This document shows positions 50,140-64,000 of a stretch of 64,000 nucleotides of DNA, piece by piece. The notes beneath the pieces are model-generated. The model was not told the DNA's origin. It saw only the letters and a list, made by a program, of their open reading frames with translations, and made no database searches. The stretch's first letter is position 1. Each line of letters begins with the position of its first letter. A program made the translations under genes and the position numbers. This stretch comes from Callorhinchus milii (lineage: Eukaryota), in the NCBI RefSeq assembly GCF_018977255.1, contig NW_024704743.1:106704001-106768000 (forward strand), read 5' to 3'.

Positions 50140-50522
50140 AGAAATGTGGCTTCATAGCCCCACATTGGGACTTTGAGATCATTGTTAGACTGACACGTCA
50201 ATCCAGTGAGAGAGGAAAACCGCATTGTCAGAGGTGTCATCCTCCAGATGAGATGGTAAACTCACCTGCCTATGCTGGTATACATTAAAATCCCATGGCA
50301 TGGTTCGAATAGTGAAGAAAGTTTCTTCTGGTGTTTTGGTGAACAATCTCCCAAATAAGATCATTCACTTCATGGCTATTTATGAGGACATTGCTGAGTG
50401 CAAATTGGCTGCCTGTTTCACCTACAAATAGTGTGACTTAACATGACACAGAAATTGTATGAAGCGCTTTAAGACGTCTTTACGACATGATGAGGCACTA
50501 TATCAAATGCAAAGATTATATA
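50140..50522 (+). mobile_element. Older SacSINE1-like Deu-SINE
   Basis: GCATTGTCAGAGGTG...AAAATCCCATGGCA..., core GACATTGCTGAGTGCAAATTGGCTGCC, and tail. Confidence 0.72.
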
Positions 50523-51689
50523 CCTTTCAAAGAACAGGAACAAAGATGCGTGGGTGCGTGTGTCGAGGGGTGAGAAGTATTTTATTGAAGATCTCATACA
50601 CAACATCAATGAATATTAGTAATTCAACTTCTAAAGTTCTGAAATTATCCTTGCTAATTCTTCTCTACTCTTGTGAATGACCTTTGAAAATTGGGTTTCA
50701 AAATTACATGCAATATTTCAAATGTGACTTCAACAATGAGCTCAAAAAGTTAGAATAATTTGCTCACATTTATGGTCAAATGCCGATGCAACCTCGTATT
50801 TGATTAACTTTATTGATAACTGCTTGACATTGACTTTCAGTGAACATTCCCTCTTTCAAATTACTTTTCATTTCCACTTTTGCTAATGAAAAGGATCAAG
50901 AAGAGTTTTTATGTTTGTGGGAGTTTCTGAAGGTTCAGTGCTAAATTTCTGTAGGCTTTTTAAATGAACTCTGGGAACGTTTTAATTTTTTTGTAAAGTC
51001 AAATTAAGTGGTTTTGATACATTAAAAATTAATGGTGATGATAATAATGCAGAAGACCAGTTCTGCTAGTGTTTGAAGAGCGAGTTTGGAATCAATTTAC
51101 TTTATGAGGTTCACCAAGATCCACACAGAGCTCCAACTCGGGGGGAAGGGAGAACAAATTTGATGGCAAAACGTTGGTGAACTCGAGATTTAAGATTAGA
51201 TTAATCGTTGACAATTAAACCTTGAATCTTCAACTCCACTCAAAGTAAATATTGCATTTCAAAGAAAATTGTGTGATCTGTTGCCAAGGAAACTCAAGCT
51301 CTTTGCTCCTAAGTTTGAATCTTTAATGTGTTATTTATTTAAAAAAAACAAATCACTGCTTCAAAAACTATTAATTAAAAAGGTTTATGTTGATCTTCTT
51401 ACTTATTTATTTACGTATTTATTTTACTTAGTGACTTAGCACAGCAATGTCTCACAAAGAGCCATGAAGTCAATGACCAATTTTAACTGGGGGATTGTTA
51501 TCTTGAGATGTGGGGAGTGCTGATGGAGCCATAATTTATTGCCCCTCCCTGGTTACCCAGAGAATATGCTGTCCTGCTCTTTAAAATGCTATAGGCCTTG
51601 TGGTGGTGCTCCCAAGATGTGTTGAGAAGGAAGTTCTAGGATTATGACCCGTTGACGATGAATAAAAAGCATGGATGCACACTCCACCT

Positions 51690-52390
51690 CACTGGTCTTG
51701 TTTGACCCTCAACTGTCCTCTCTACCCCATATCCGTGCCATGACCCGCTCTGCATTCCCCCACCTCCACAACATCGCCCGGTTCTGCCACTGTTTCACAC
51801 CGCAGGCTGCTGAGACCCTAATACATGCATTCATAACATACAGGCTCAACTTCGCTAACTCCCTGCACATCGGCCTCCTCAACTCCTCCCTCCAGATCAT
51901 CCAGACCTCTGAAGCTCGTGCCCTCTCCCGGAAAGGGCTCCGCGACTCTATCACCCTTATCCTCACCTGACTCCACTGGCTTCCCATCACATAGAGAATA
52001 CAATTCAAGATCCTGGTCCTCATCTTCAAAGCCCTCGATGACCTTGCTCTCCCCCGACCTCTGCGATTTTCTAATGCCTACCACCCTGTCCGAACCCTCT
52101 GCTCAGCGGGCTCTGGCCCACTCCACGTCCCCCGCCCACCATTGCCGATCGTGCCTTCAGCCTCTCTGCCCACACCCTTTGGAACTCCATCCCACATTCC
52201 CTTCGCCTCGCTCCCTCGCTTGCCTCCTTCAAGGCACGTCTCAAGACCCTCCTCTTCGACTGCGCCTTTGGCCACCCTCCCTGATCCCAAACCCCCTGCT
52301 GCTCGGGTCCAAATCCCTGACTGTCCAATGCCTTGGGACATCCTCGCGATGTGAAAAGCACTTTACAAATGTAATTTTGTATTTTATTGT
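51690..52390 (+). mobile_element. L2-clade LINE 3' fragment
   Basis: LFDPQLSSLPHI...AAETLIHAFITYRLNFANSL, followed by the shared L2 3' stem-loop tail. Confidence 0.9.
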
Positions 52391-53234
52391 ACTGGATTTT
52401 GGAGGGTGCAGAGCTAGGAGTTGCTCCTGAACCAAAATTGTTGAGTTGCCGCAGTGTATTTGTAAATAATAATAAAACTAATGCTTGCATTTGATATAGA
52501 GTCTTACCACATTGTCAAGATGTCTTAAAGATGTCTCATGTCTTAAATTGTGGTGCTTTTATACCATGGGACATTCAGGAGGTAAAGTGAATGAAAGTTA
52601 GTGTTGTATCTCACCAGATTGAAGCTATATTTATCAATTTGGGGGAAAAAAATCAAGACATTTCAAACCCTTAAAAAAAATGTTATTTTGGGGTTTGTTG
52701 GACAGGACACCAGGAAAACCTCCTTTCACTTCAGATCTGAGTATTTGATGAATTATGCAACATTCATTTTGGGAAAATCTGGATCAAAGGTTGGTCACCT
52801 GATAGTGTTCTGGCTTTTCTTGATGGTGGTGAAGCTTGCTACTGCTTGTCTAGTTTGGAGCACCCTACCTATTACTTATTGGCTTGCAGGGTTTTACAGG
52901 CACTAAGTGGAAAGAATCCCAATCCCACCCCTACCCCACCTCCATTTCCCTTCTCTTCCCAGTGCCCTAGAGTATTACCGACCGCCACTGAGGATTGATT
53001 TGATTCCGACATTCCATTACAAATCATATGACCTTGGAGCTAGTTCAGCTCCCAGAAGATCTGCTTGCCATCCGTCTATACTTAATCCTTTTCTGCACCG
53101 TGCAAAGAAATCAGCAGCATGATCTCCATAGAAACGGGTGCCATAGCCACGAGGCCCATGACAGGCTGCTGAACGTTCAAGCAGCTTAATAAATACCACA
53201 CACAACAATGTGCTTTTTGAGTGAATTTAACTAT

Positions 53235-53892
53235 CCCTTTCCCGACCTCCGTAACATTGCCCGCCTCCACCACTGCCTTTCATCACAGGCTGCTGAGACG
53301 ATCCACGCTTTCATCACGTTCTGGCTTGATACGCTAACTGCCTGCTTGCTGGACCTCCCAACTCTTACCTCCACAAGCTGCAGATTATTCAAAACTGCAG
53401 CTCGTGTCTTCTCCAGACTCCGCAAACCAATCACCCCCGTCCTAGACCATCTTCACTGGTGCACCATCCCTCAGAATCGAATACAAAACCTTTGACCTCA
53501 ACTTCAAAGCCCTCCACAGTCTTATCTCCCCCTACCTCCTAACCCCATATCAGCCTGTCTACTCCCTCTGCTCAGCGGACGTCGGCCTGCTTCAGGTTCC
53601 CCGCATTTCCTGCCCCACCATCGGCGGTCGGCTATTCAGCCTTTCTGCCCCCACACTCTGCAACTCTATCCCACAAACCCTCTGCCTCAACCCCTCGCTT
53701 GTCTCCTTCAAGTCCCATCTAAAGATTTTCCTCCTCGACCATGCCTTTGGCCACCCTCTCACCCCCACCACCTTGCCCTCCACTCCTCCTGATCCCAACT
53801 CCCAGCTGGGGTCCAAAACCCCCTGACTATTCAGTGCCCTGGGACATCTTTCCGACGTGAAGGGTGCTATACAAGTGTAATTTGTTGTTGTT
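53235..53892 (+). mobile_element. L2-clade LINE 3' fragment
   Basis: LRNIARLHHCLSSQAAET...ITPVLDHLHW; the tail ends in TTGTTGTTG. Confidence 0.9.
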
Positions 53893-54562
53893 AGTGGCTT
53901 CTAACATTTTCTTTTAAAAATCAAGAACAAGTAACTGTTTTTACAGAATCTGAAAAAAACACCAACCAACTTAAGAAAAGAAACCCTGCACTATTGACAG
54001 GGAATAATCTTGATTTTTGTAATAGGAAATAAATGTATTCTGTACCCCTGAAAGCATATATTAAAATCATGTTTACTTAAAATTGTGTTGTATGTTGAAG
54101 TCTGTACTCTGTTAAAAATAAAGATTACCTAACCTCCAAACTTAGATGATGATCTTTTGAGATTTCTGAGGCAGAAAGTTCCTCTTCTTGACAGTTGACT
54201 TGTGCAAACTTCTGGTAATTTCTGTTCACCAAAACCCAAGGTCATTATTGCCTGGAAAGTAGTGGTAAAGTGCATTGTTCAGATCACACTAAAGGGGTTT
54301 AAATTAATACTTGATTTTGGACTTCTTTCAACAGATAGTGTATTTTTTGTTGGGCTATTTTGGAACGAGATTTGCAATAGATTTTATATCTTGATTTGAA
54401 ACATTAAATTCTCTCATTGATATAAATGTAAGACCAAAATAGATTCACAAGGAAAGGTTTCTCATTTCTACCATAGACCATCAGCATTGTGCTCAATACA
54501 AATTATTCAACACTTCTTTCGGGGATCATGGAAAATATTGCAGAACATTCCTACAGATGATA

Positions 54563-54883
54563 AATAAATAATAATAATAATCCTTGCATTTGATATAGCG
54601 CTTTTCACGTCGGGAGGACGTCCCAAAGCTCTTCACAGAACACACTGTAAAGTGAATTGACTGTATATTTGTGGGCGAACGCGGCAGCCAATTGCGCACA
54701 GCAATGTCCCACAAACAGTCGTAGATTGAAAATGACCAATTTATTATTGTTTTTGGTTTTGGAGGGATTATTATTAGGCGTGTGGAGTAAGGAAACTTGA
54801 CCAAGGTTTCGCCCTGCCTGGAATTGAACTCAGGTCTCTCACTTGCAAAGCGAGTGCTCTAACCACTGAGCTACAAGCCTCCA
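54563..54883 (-). mobile_element. Full-length tRNA-Ala Deu-SINE (short subfamily)
   Basis: Near-identical to 43519-43850. Confidence 0.93.
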
Positions 54884-55244
54884 CAATAAGATTTATAATG
54901 GGACTTTCATCGTTGTCAGAGGGGGAGACTTAATTTGCCAAATGCCCACTTGTTTACACCATGAATTATGTTCTAATATATATCTGCATCTACAGCTCTG
55001 CTATTGAAACATGTTACACCAGTTAAATAGGAAATTATTAAATCCTTAGTGACTTCACTCCCAAAAATGGAATCAATATTTGTGCATTGAAAATGTACAG
55101 TGCACATTGGCAAATATCTGAAAGTGTTATTTAAATAGCTATTCCTGTCTTCAAATGATATTTGCATGGTTCTAAAAGCACAGGAAGTATAATGTATTTG
55201 AATTATCAATGTCCTCTACCAAATTAGTGTAGGAACATAATCAC

Positions 55245-55743
55245 ACGCTGGTGATAAGGTGCAAAGGAGATTTACCAGGATGGTACCGGGAATGAGGGGC
55301 TTCAGTTATCAGGAGAGGCTAGAGAAGCTAGGATTATTTGTTTGGAGCAGAGCAGGTTAAAAAGAGACTAGATAGAAGTTTTCAAAATTATGAGGGCATT
55401 CGATAGGGTGAACAAGGAGAAACTATTTCCACTGGCGGTGGGTCGTAACCCGAGGACACCGATTTAAAATAGTTGTTAAAAGAAACAAGGGAGGTGAAGA
55501 GAAATGTTTTCACACAGTGAGTTGTTCGGATCTGCAATGCATTGCCTGAAATGGTGGTAGAAGCCGATTCGATAACAACTTTTAAGAGAGAAGTAGATAA
55601 TTATTTGGGGAGGACAAGTTTGCAGGGCTATGGGGAAAGAGCGGGGGAGAGGTATTGATTTGGATAGGCCTTTTAAAAGAGCCGGAACAGACACGATGGG
55701 CCAAATGGCCTCCTTCTGTACTGTATAATTCTATGATTCTATG
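55245..55743 (+). mobile_element. CR1-clade LINE 3' fragment
   Basis: VQRRFTRMVPGMRGFSYQERLEKLGLF-type C-terminus; the 3' UTR ends in (ATTCTATG)2. Confidence 0.9.
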
Positions 55744-56151
55744 GGGGCTGAGTAGCTGCTTGTGAACCCAGGGTTACAAATTGTGAATGTTTGATGATTT
55801 TGAGATTATCATATTGAATCTGTTATGACACATTGACATTTTCACCCCAGGTTTACAGTTTATTATTGTGAACGTCTAGGCTGTCAGGTTCTGGTAGGAC
55901 TGTTCACTGCCAATAATTTGTAGTTGTTCAATAGTTCTTGAGAGCATTTTCCCCATTGGCTTAGAATCGTGGGGGTGTGGATGGAGCCCAATGCAGAGAG
56001 AAAGAGAGAGTGCTGTCAGTTAAAGATAGCTAAACAGCAAATTCATTCATCAGTTTGGGATTTAGGTGCCAAAATGTATCTGAAGTACCAGAACAGGCAG
56101 ACAGGACCTTACTTTTAACATCTAACATGAAGTACAGCACCTCCAAATCCA

Positions 56152-56470
56152 CTAACAACAATAACTTGCATTTATATAGCCCACCTCCCAGAGCGCTTGA
56201 CAGTGGCGGAGCCGGGGGGAGGGGGAGGTGACCGTAGGCATGGTAGAATAGGAAGGCCTTCAGTCGCGACAAGTAGATGGGGAAGGAAGGGGCATGGCAG
56301 ACGGATAGAGGAAGAGTGTTCCAGAGTTTCATGGTGTAGTGGCTGAAAGCGCAGCCACCAATGATAGAACAACAGCATGAGGGACACGCAGAAGGCCAGA
56401 GCCAGTCGAGTGGAGGCAGCGGGCTATGGGTTGGGGTGTAAGCAGGTCGGAGAGGTAGGGACGTGCCAAG
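56152..56470 (-). mobile_element. Older L2-clade 3' fragment
   Basis: Tail AACAACAATAACTTGCATTTATATAGC plus KLWNTLPLSV...RLKAFLF, an L2 ORF2 C-terminus. Confidence 0.8.
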
Positions 56471-56505
56471 ACACTTTGTGCTCCTTTGATATTGCGTAGG
56501 ATTAT

Positions 56506-57155
56506 CAACAACAACAAGCTTACATTTCTATAGCGCCTTTCACGTCGGGAGGATGTCCCAAGGCGCTGGACAGTACAGCATTTCAGACCCGAGCTGGGAT
56601 CAGGGAGGGGAGTGGAAATGGGGTGGCCGATGGCATGGTTGAAGAGGGTATTGAGGCAGGACTTTAAGGAAGGGGTGAGGCGGAGTGATTGGGGCATGAA
56701 ATTCCTGAGGTTGGGGGCAGAGTGGCTGAAGGCTCTCCCGCCAATGGTGGGGCGGGTGGGTCGGGGGACGTGGAGCAGGCCGGAGCCGGCTGAGTGGAGG
56801 GAACAGGCGGGTTGGTAGGGGGTTAGGAGACCGCAGAGGTAGGGTGGGGCGAGGCCATGGAGGGCTTTGTAGGTGAGGACCGGGATCTTGAACTGGATCC
56901 TCTGAAGAATAAGGAGACAATGGAATCGGGCGAGAGTGGGGGAGATGGGGTCACGGAGTTTGGTGCGGGAGAGGATACGGGCTCCAGAGTTCTGGATTAT
57001 CTGCAGCCTGTGGAGGGAGGAGTTGGGAAGGCCAACAAGCAGGGCATTCGCATTGTCGAGTCTGGAGGTGATGAAGGCAGGAACAAGAGTTTCAGCGGCC
57101 TGAGGGATGAGGTAGTGGCGGAGTCGGGCGATGTTACGGAGGTGAGGGAAGGCTA
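56506..57155 (-). mobile_element. L2-clade LINE 3' fragment
   Basis: Homologous to the other L2 copies. The tail CAACAACAACAAGCTTACATTTCTATAGCGCCTTTCACGTCGGGAGGATGTCC starts at about 56506. Confidence 0.9.
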
Positions 57156-58049
57156 AACTTTTAACCCAAGTCCTGGAGTGGGGTCACAACCCTCTGATCC
57201 AGGAAAAAAAGTGCTGCCAACAATTACGGCCAACTAAAAATAGGAAGCAATCAAAGTTTATACTTTACCAATTTTAGAGGTTGAACTCAGTCTTATTAAA
57301 CATCAAGGAATTCAGGAATATTTCAGTGAAATTTGGATGCATTTTCAATAAAATCTGTAATCTGTAAATGTCTAATAGGTATAACGCTTAAGACTCATCA
57401 TTTATACATCTTCTCTTAGCGCATCTTTTATTTTGGAAAGCATGACTATCCCGCCATTCAGATCTCATTGAGCTTAGGTGATGAAAGGAACACATATTTT
57501 TGTAAACCGGCTTATCAATTTCCTTGTTTTCACTAGTGAAGTCGATAATATACGGACATTTTAGATAACCTTTGATAACCAATCTTTAATTATTCAGATG
57601 TCTTGGAAAAATGATTATTTGTATTTACTTGGTGTCAACAAAGTATGGCAGCTCGTCAAAATGACAGATTTTGTTTGTAGCAAACATTAATTCCTGGGCT
57701 TTCTGGCATCTTACCCGATATAGAGAAATTCCTCAATGGTTCAACATTTTAAAAAATTTTCAACATGATTCACTGATAAAATCTGACCTTTATTAAATAG
57801 TGTAGAATAATAAAATTAATATTTTCCAGTTACACAACGGGTTGATGTAGAGCCCTTCACGCGGGTAGGGCCTCCAAGCACTTAACAATGGTGGAGCTTG
57901 ACCCGAGTGGAGTGGGCGTGGGGAGGAGGTTACCAAGCGATCCGAGATACTACCCCACGTGAATGGCGCTATTTAAATGCAAGTTGTTGTTGTACCATAG
58001 CCACAGTTGAGGAAGGCAGAGAGATTCAGGCAGAGACTTTCATAGTTTG

Positions 58050-58260
58050 GGATATAGTGGATCAAGGTAGTGGAGCAGACGAGAGAAGTGCAAGAGGCTG
58101 CAGTTTTGAATTGATTGGATATTTAGAATGGTGGAGCTGGGGAGACTGGCGAGGAGGGCATTGGAAAAATCGAGGTTGGAGTTGACAAATGTATGGATAA
58201 GGGTTTTCAGCTGGATTGGGTGTGAGGTACAGTTGGAGGTGGACAATGTGGCAGAGGTGG
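58050..58260 (-). mobile_element. Old L2 ORF2 fragment
   Basis: KTLIHTFVNSNLDFSNALLASLPSS, an L2 ORF2 motif. Confidence 0.7.
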
Positions 58261-58414
58261 AGGAAATAATTTAAGAATACAATGAAAACGAGCATCTGAA
58301 AATGACAATTTATGTCTAAGATAGGTACAATTCCTTTTTTCTGAAGTAGCAAAGGCAGCATCTAAATTGCCTACAGCCTTCACTATTATGTGAAGAAATA
58401 TTGAAAGATGTTAA

Positions 58415-58790
58415 GTGGGAAGCTGAAAGGGATCTAGGGGTGTTAATTGACTCATCGCTCACTCTGTCAAAATAGTGCAAGGCACAAATAAACAAGGCAA
58501 ACAGAATGCTGGGCTAATTGCCATATCAATTAAGTTCCCATCCCCAACACTCATACTCGAGCTGTATAGTGATCAGTTCAGGCCACACCCAGAGTACAGT
58601 TCTGACCGCCAAACAAGGAAATCCATGCCCTAGAACCAGTGCATATGAGAGCAACAAAGGTGATCCCCAGTGTTACAGGAATTAGCTCCTGTTAGAAAGC
58701 TAGGGCTCTACAGTCTTGAAAATAAATATTTCAGAGAGGTCGACAAATATTCAAATGGAATAACAAAATTAAACTCAGAACAATTGTCTT
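58415..58790 (+). mobile_element. Old CR1 ORF2 fragment
   Basis: Degenerate ERDLGVL...NKANRMLG...RPHPEY motifs. Confidence 0.7.
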
Positions 58791-59530
58791 TAGGATGAAA
58801 TAATAACTGAGGTCCCACCTACCTGTTTATATGAGTGTTAAAGATTCCATAGCATCTTATCGAGGAGACAAGCACTCACCAAAGGTGGTGAAAGCTGCTT
58901 CTCAGGTCCCGAACAGCATGTGGCAGTATCGCGATTTAAGGAGTCTCTACAAGAAGGTAAGGGATCTTAATCTCGCTAAGGAAACTTAGACTAGGAAAAA
59001 GATTCACTAGTGTATTCATTTCACAGTTCACTTCTATTTGCCCTGTCATACATTTTACACACATTATTCAATCAGTGGCAATCAAATAATTTTGCAGCAA
59101 AAGGCCATACCGTGCGCTTTCCTCTCCTGACTGCATTCGTTGTCACCGTAGAATATATTAAGACTGTATCAGCACATCAATTGTATTATTTTCAGTAAAT
59201 ATGTTGGTTTGGGTTTGATTTGTTAAAGGTTTATGAGCAATTAGTTTTAAGTTTATATTTAACCTATATGAGGAGCAGATCACTGTAATACTCTACAATG
59301 TCCTCCACTCACCCCATTCCTCTCCCCCCCCCCATCCCCCTTGGCTGCCCACAAAACATGCTGGAATTGCAAACCATGGTCCTTTAATCTGCACTTGTTT
59401 AGCTTGTGTTCTACACACCTTTGCTGACTTACAATTTTGCTAATTCAAATGGCTTGTCCAGTTCTAGTCAGAGTTGAGATAGTTATTGAAATATAATGGT
59501 ACTTCAGCCATTTCCTTCAATTGCCTGTTA

Positions 59531-59817
59531 TCGAGAGACCTGAGTTCAATTCCAGGCAGGGCGAAACCTTGGGCAAGTTTCCTTACTCCACACACTTAAT
59601 AATAATCCCTCCAAAACAAAAAACAATAATAAATTTGGTCATTTTCAATCTACGACTGTTTGTGGGACATTGCTGTGCGCAATTGGCTGCCGCGTTCGCC
59701 CACAAATATACAGTCAATTCACTTTACAGTATATTCTGTGAAGCGCTTTGGATGTCTAGAAGACGTGAAAAGCTCTATATCAAATGCAAGGATTATTATT
59801 ATTGTTATTATTATTAT
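59531..59817 (+). mobile_element. tRNA-Ala Deu-SINE, 5'-truncated
   Basis: Begins at CGAGAGACCTGAGTTCAATTCC; body and tail as in 19501-19825. Confidence 0.92.
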
Positions 59818-62800
59818 CGAAAAGTGAAAGGAGTTTGTTCCAGTATCTTTGCCAACAATCCCCTAAATAAAATTGATCAATCATTTTGTGACTGTTTGTA
59901 GGACACTGCTGAATGCAAATTGACTCTTGCGTTTGTCTGCAAATACACATTCAATACACTTTACGACACTTTGAGATCTCCTCTTGACATAAATGGTGCT
60001 ATACCGAAAGCAAGGAATATTATTCTAGCAATATTTTGATATGCAGCAACACAGCAGAGTGAATAGAAATAGCTGAAAGGTCAGGACATTTGCCAGGAAA
60101 TTTTTTTNACTCAGAAGATAATTAATGACAGGAACAGGCTACCAGAGAGGATGGTTGAATCCAGGATCATGAGTGATTTGATGGGAGAGTCAGTTAGGTA
60201 TTCTGGAATACAATACAATTACAATACAAAAGTACATTTGTATAGCGTCTTTCACATTGGGAGGACGTACCAAAGCGCTGATGAAATCACATGGGTCAAA
60301 GTCACCTTCTTCATTCAAATCTCTCTTTTGTGATCTACAACATAAAAGTCTCAGAATGCAGGCCAATAACATTTACAGCAACATTATTAACTTTCTTAGT
60401 ATCTATTTTTACATAAAAAGATTAGACATTTGCCTTTCTCTTGTGAAAGGCTGCATTTCACAAGATGTCAACTGGATGTTGACATTTTCTGTTATTTATT
60501 GGGATTTGTTTAAAAAGTATTATTTTCAAAACATGCTTCAATATATGAACATATAAGGATCATTATTATGTAAAGTGCAGTTTATTACTGAAACTATCAG
60601 AAAATATGCAGTTATAATACAATTATGAACCCAAATATTATATGAATGAGTAGCTGAGAGATAGAATCTGCAATTCTTTCTTAAAGCTCCATTAGGCATT
60701 GATTGCTCTGCTTGAGGTTTATTAAACAGATTCTTTCTTGTCTCCACAATATGGAGTGTTCTGTTGTGTTAAAGTGCTTTCCGAGATGCAATCACGTTGG
60801 AATTTTACAAATTGCACTTTTAACCCTCAAAAAAATGTACTAACTTCATTCAGTGTCTATTTGGTGGGACTCCCACTGTTTCTATTGGAACTGGGGATAT
60901 CATTGTATCTTTGTAAGACTCTTATTAGCTGCAAGCACATTAACTGTAGGAAATTAAATTTCCCATGTCTATATAATAGAAGTGGGCACGTTTATGTCAA
61001 GTTACCTGCACGCACTCCCTCGGATATTAAGTTATTTCCTGCACCGAAATGAAAACACCTAAAGGTCTCACAATGCCAGAAAATCACAATAATAAATCAC
61101 TTCAAACACCATAAACCTTCCTCACATAGTCTGGCTTGATGCTGGCCCTTTAGCCTGTGAATTAATCATTTAAATCGTCCTCTGATCTGCAAACATCTGC
61201 TGCTGAAATCTTTGTTCCCAGTCACATTTTTACTTGCACACCCAGAGCACTCCATGCATGTACTTTTTTTTATCATTGTTCTCCAATTTTCGCTCCCTCT
61301 CCCTTTGATATAGAGCCTTATTTTACACCTCTTGAACAATTCACTTTATGTACTGCACTTTTAGTGAGGGTTCCTGGTGTACGTATATAAATTGCTATGG
61401 CTTGTAGTTGTAATGCTCATGAAAATAAACAGCAGAAAAGATAAACACTTTCATACTCCAATGCAATTAAACTCATCTCTGCTGTGGAATCTTTGGCATT
61501 TCTTGGTCAATCCACTGGATGGCAGATTTGAGCAGTTTTAACAAGAAAAACTCCACTGAACATAATGTTTCTTTGGGTTGGTTAAAATTCTTCTTTACAC
61601 TCTATACATAATATACATTCACGAAACATATTTACTCCAATCAAAGAAAAATATTTTGTATTGCTTGAGGGGGCAGAGAAGGAGGAAATCTATTGGCTGA
61701 GTAAGTTATCTTCCTTTTTACTCTGCATGGCAGGAAATTGAAATTTTGGGGGAAATTATTTTTGTGGCAAATTTATGTAAGTATAAAGTATCCTTCCCTC
61801 TTCCATCCTTGTACTTCTGTGAAGTGTAATGTATTTGTAGGCAAACATGACAACTGATTTACGTGCAACATTGTCCCAGAAACAGCCATGAAGTAAATGA
61901 CTAATTTTATATGGGTGAGCATCAAAGCTTACAAACTCAAAGTCCTGACATGGGGTTTGAACCTACAACCTACAACCCTAGTGGTGAGAGTGCTACCAAC
62001 TGAGCTAAGCTGGCAACTGAATATAACATTATTTTGAGTGAAGGGAAGTTTACATTGTAAGATAGTTCTCGTATCTGCAGCCTTACGATCAAACTAACTC
62101 TAAACCATTGTTTGTCTTCCCTCTGTTTTCTTGGGTTCACTCATCAAATATTAATAGGAAGATTGGAATTAATAAAGGCAGTCAACGTGTGTGTGTATTG
62201 CCCGTGTCATAGTGACATGATTGACAGTTATATATTGCTTAGTGACATACTCCATGGTCTTCCAACCATGACCTCTCTTTATGACCCAGAACTAAAGCAC
62301 TTAAATTCCAAAAGGTTGTAAATTCAAGTCGCCTGTGTCTATTTAGTAGATATTTAACCCAAGTCTTACAATTTCCAATGAATTGAATGCCTATTCTGTT
62401 CATATATAATTCAATCTATGCACAGTCCAGTGAGCTAACTATTTTAGGATCTTAGTGTTAGGAATAGGGAGAACAGATTATTAAAGTGGGGAGGAAGATT
62501 TCACTTCAGCATAGAGATAGTATGGTTCAAGCTAACACACAAAAAAAATCGGAAAACACTTCTTTTAGACCATTCAGCCTTTTTGTTCCAAACGTGAAAG
62601 AACAAATTCTATAAACTCGAATTTTGTTTACAATTCAGTGAATAAAATAAGGTGTCCATGTGACATCTGATGGGAAGTCCTGCATGTCAAAAGCTCTCAC
62701 TTAGTCCAATAGATCACCCAAGAGCTTCCAGGATTGTCTTGTCGTGCTTTTTTTTACGAGTTATTTGCAACTGGCTTTATAATAATATGATAGGGTCTAA

Positions 62801-62894
62801 AATTGTGGCCCGAAATGTGCTAATTATCACTGATGATGGTTAACCACTTTACACATCACAATTTTTACCTCACTATCACATACATGACATATAT

Positions 62895-63232
62895 CAGTGG
62901 TTAGGGCGCTCACTTGGCTTTGGGTCCTAGGCTAGGCAAAATGTTGGCCAAGTTTTCTTACTCCACACACTTCTGCTTACCTGGTAGTAAGTAGGAACCC
63001 GATTGTCAGTAGATTGGTGGATTGCTTTTCCGTAGGTAATAATTCCTTAAAAAAACAAATAAATTGGTCACTCAATCCACGACCATTTGTGGGACACTGC
63101 TGTGCGCAATTGGCTGCCACGTTTCGCCCACAAAATATACAGTCAATTCACTTTACAGTATATTCTGTGAAGCGCTTTGAGACATCTTGAAGAAGTGATA
63201 AGGTGCTATATCAAATGTAAGGATTATTATTT
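62895..63232 (+). mobile_element. tRNA Deu-SINE (long subfamily)
   Basis: Degenerate head, middle segment, core and tail. Confidence 0.88.
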
Positions 63233-63249
63233 TTTTTCTACAGCATTAT

Positions 63250-63715
63250 AAATGACTACTATCTGGGCTAACAGGGTTTAGGTGAGAAGCTTGATAGGAT
63301 TGGGTTATATTCCTCAGACCAGAGGAGTGATTTAATGGAGGTATTTAAAGTATGAAAAGAACTGACAGATTAGACAGTGAAGGAATCTTTTCCCTTGGTA
63401 GAGGGATCGGTTACAAAGTGGGCATAGCCTTAAAATCTGAGCTGAGAGAGTTAGAACCGAAGTCAGGAAACATTTCTTCTCACAGAGGCTTGTGAAGATG
63501 CGGAATGCTCTGCCCCAGAAAGCTGTAGAGGCAGAATCAATAAGAATGTTTAAAAAGGGATAAATATTTGGGTTGTAGAGGTATAAAGGGGTATTATAAG
63601 ACAACGGGGTATTGGGATTAAAAGGTCTTCCAAGCCCTAATAAACCGATAAAAAAGGCTCAATGGCCTGGATGGTCTCCTCCTGTTCCTGTGTTCAATGT
63701 TCCTATGGTTCTGTT
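63250..63715 (+). mobile_element. CR1-clade LINE 3' fragment
   Basis: GGGCATAGCCTTAAAATCTG...AGGAAACATTTCTTCTCACAGAGG...GAATGCTCTGCCCCAGAAAGCTGTAGAGGC, followed by a CR1-type tail. Confidence 0.85.
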
Positions 63716-64000
63716 GTAAATAACAATATTAAAAGTTACAAATGCATTTCCATCTCACCATCTTAGAATGACTCTTTATTGAGAATTAGTTCAAATTAAT
63801 ATGATTTAAATGACTAATGTAATAGCACGCATGATTGCTATATGAATGGTAATATTTATTCAAACTAGCTATTCTCGTGCAAATGACAAGTGCAGAATGT
63901 GTGACAGCAGATGTCTATTGTTGAAATGTTTTGTAAATTTGCAAATACAATCAATTTTTGGGGGTCAGCTAAATATCTGACACATGTGGAAACCTGTCAC

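Noticed and set aside
51040..51165. Possible hAT dimerisation-domain remnant (TSSASV*RA...KIHTELQLG)
   Set aside because: Similarity is too short and degenerate to support without a search.
1..64000. CRISPR arrays, operons or prokaryotic defence systems
   Set aside because: The sequence is a spliced vertebrate locus with no regularly spaced repeat-spacer structure and no prokaryotic gene organisation.

Overview
Vertebrate (eukaryotic) genomic DNA. The mix of CR1/L2 LINEs and Deu-domain tRNA SINEs suggests a cartilaginous fish, possibly a holocephalan; this is inferred and not proven. The only protein-coding gene I can support is a complete five-exon BPNT2/IMPAD1 (Golgi-resident PAP 3'-phosphatase, gPAPP) on the minus strand: CDS 42634-42287, 20273-20111, 18349-18254, 17227-17066 and 15950-15676, totalling 1044 nt (347 aa), with all introns GT-AG. 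It has a CpG-island promoter near 42.0-43.2 kb, a 22 kb first intron containing a 1.4 kb G-rich minisatellite, and probably a long AT-rich 3' UTR. The rest is intronic or intergenic DNA dense in retroposon debris: 5'-truncated L2 and CR1 LINEs, a young tRNA-Ala-headed Deu-SINE that shares its 3' tail with the L2, older SINEs including an LF-SINE-like copy, hAT remnants and palindromic MITE-like hairpins. I found no convincing novel multi-gene system. The most interesting signals are regulatory or structural: inverted SINEs around a weakly defined exon 2, an array of decoy splice donors complementary to the intronic minisatellite, long hairpins, and nested transposon insertions. Repeat family names come from remembered consensus features, not from a database search, and repeat boundaries are approximate.
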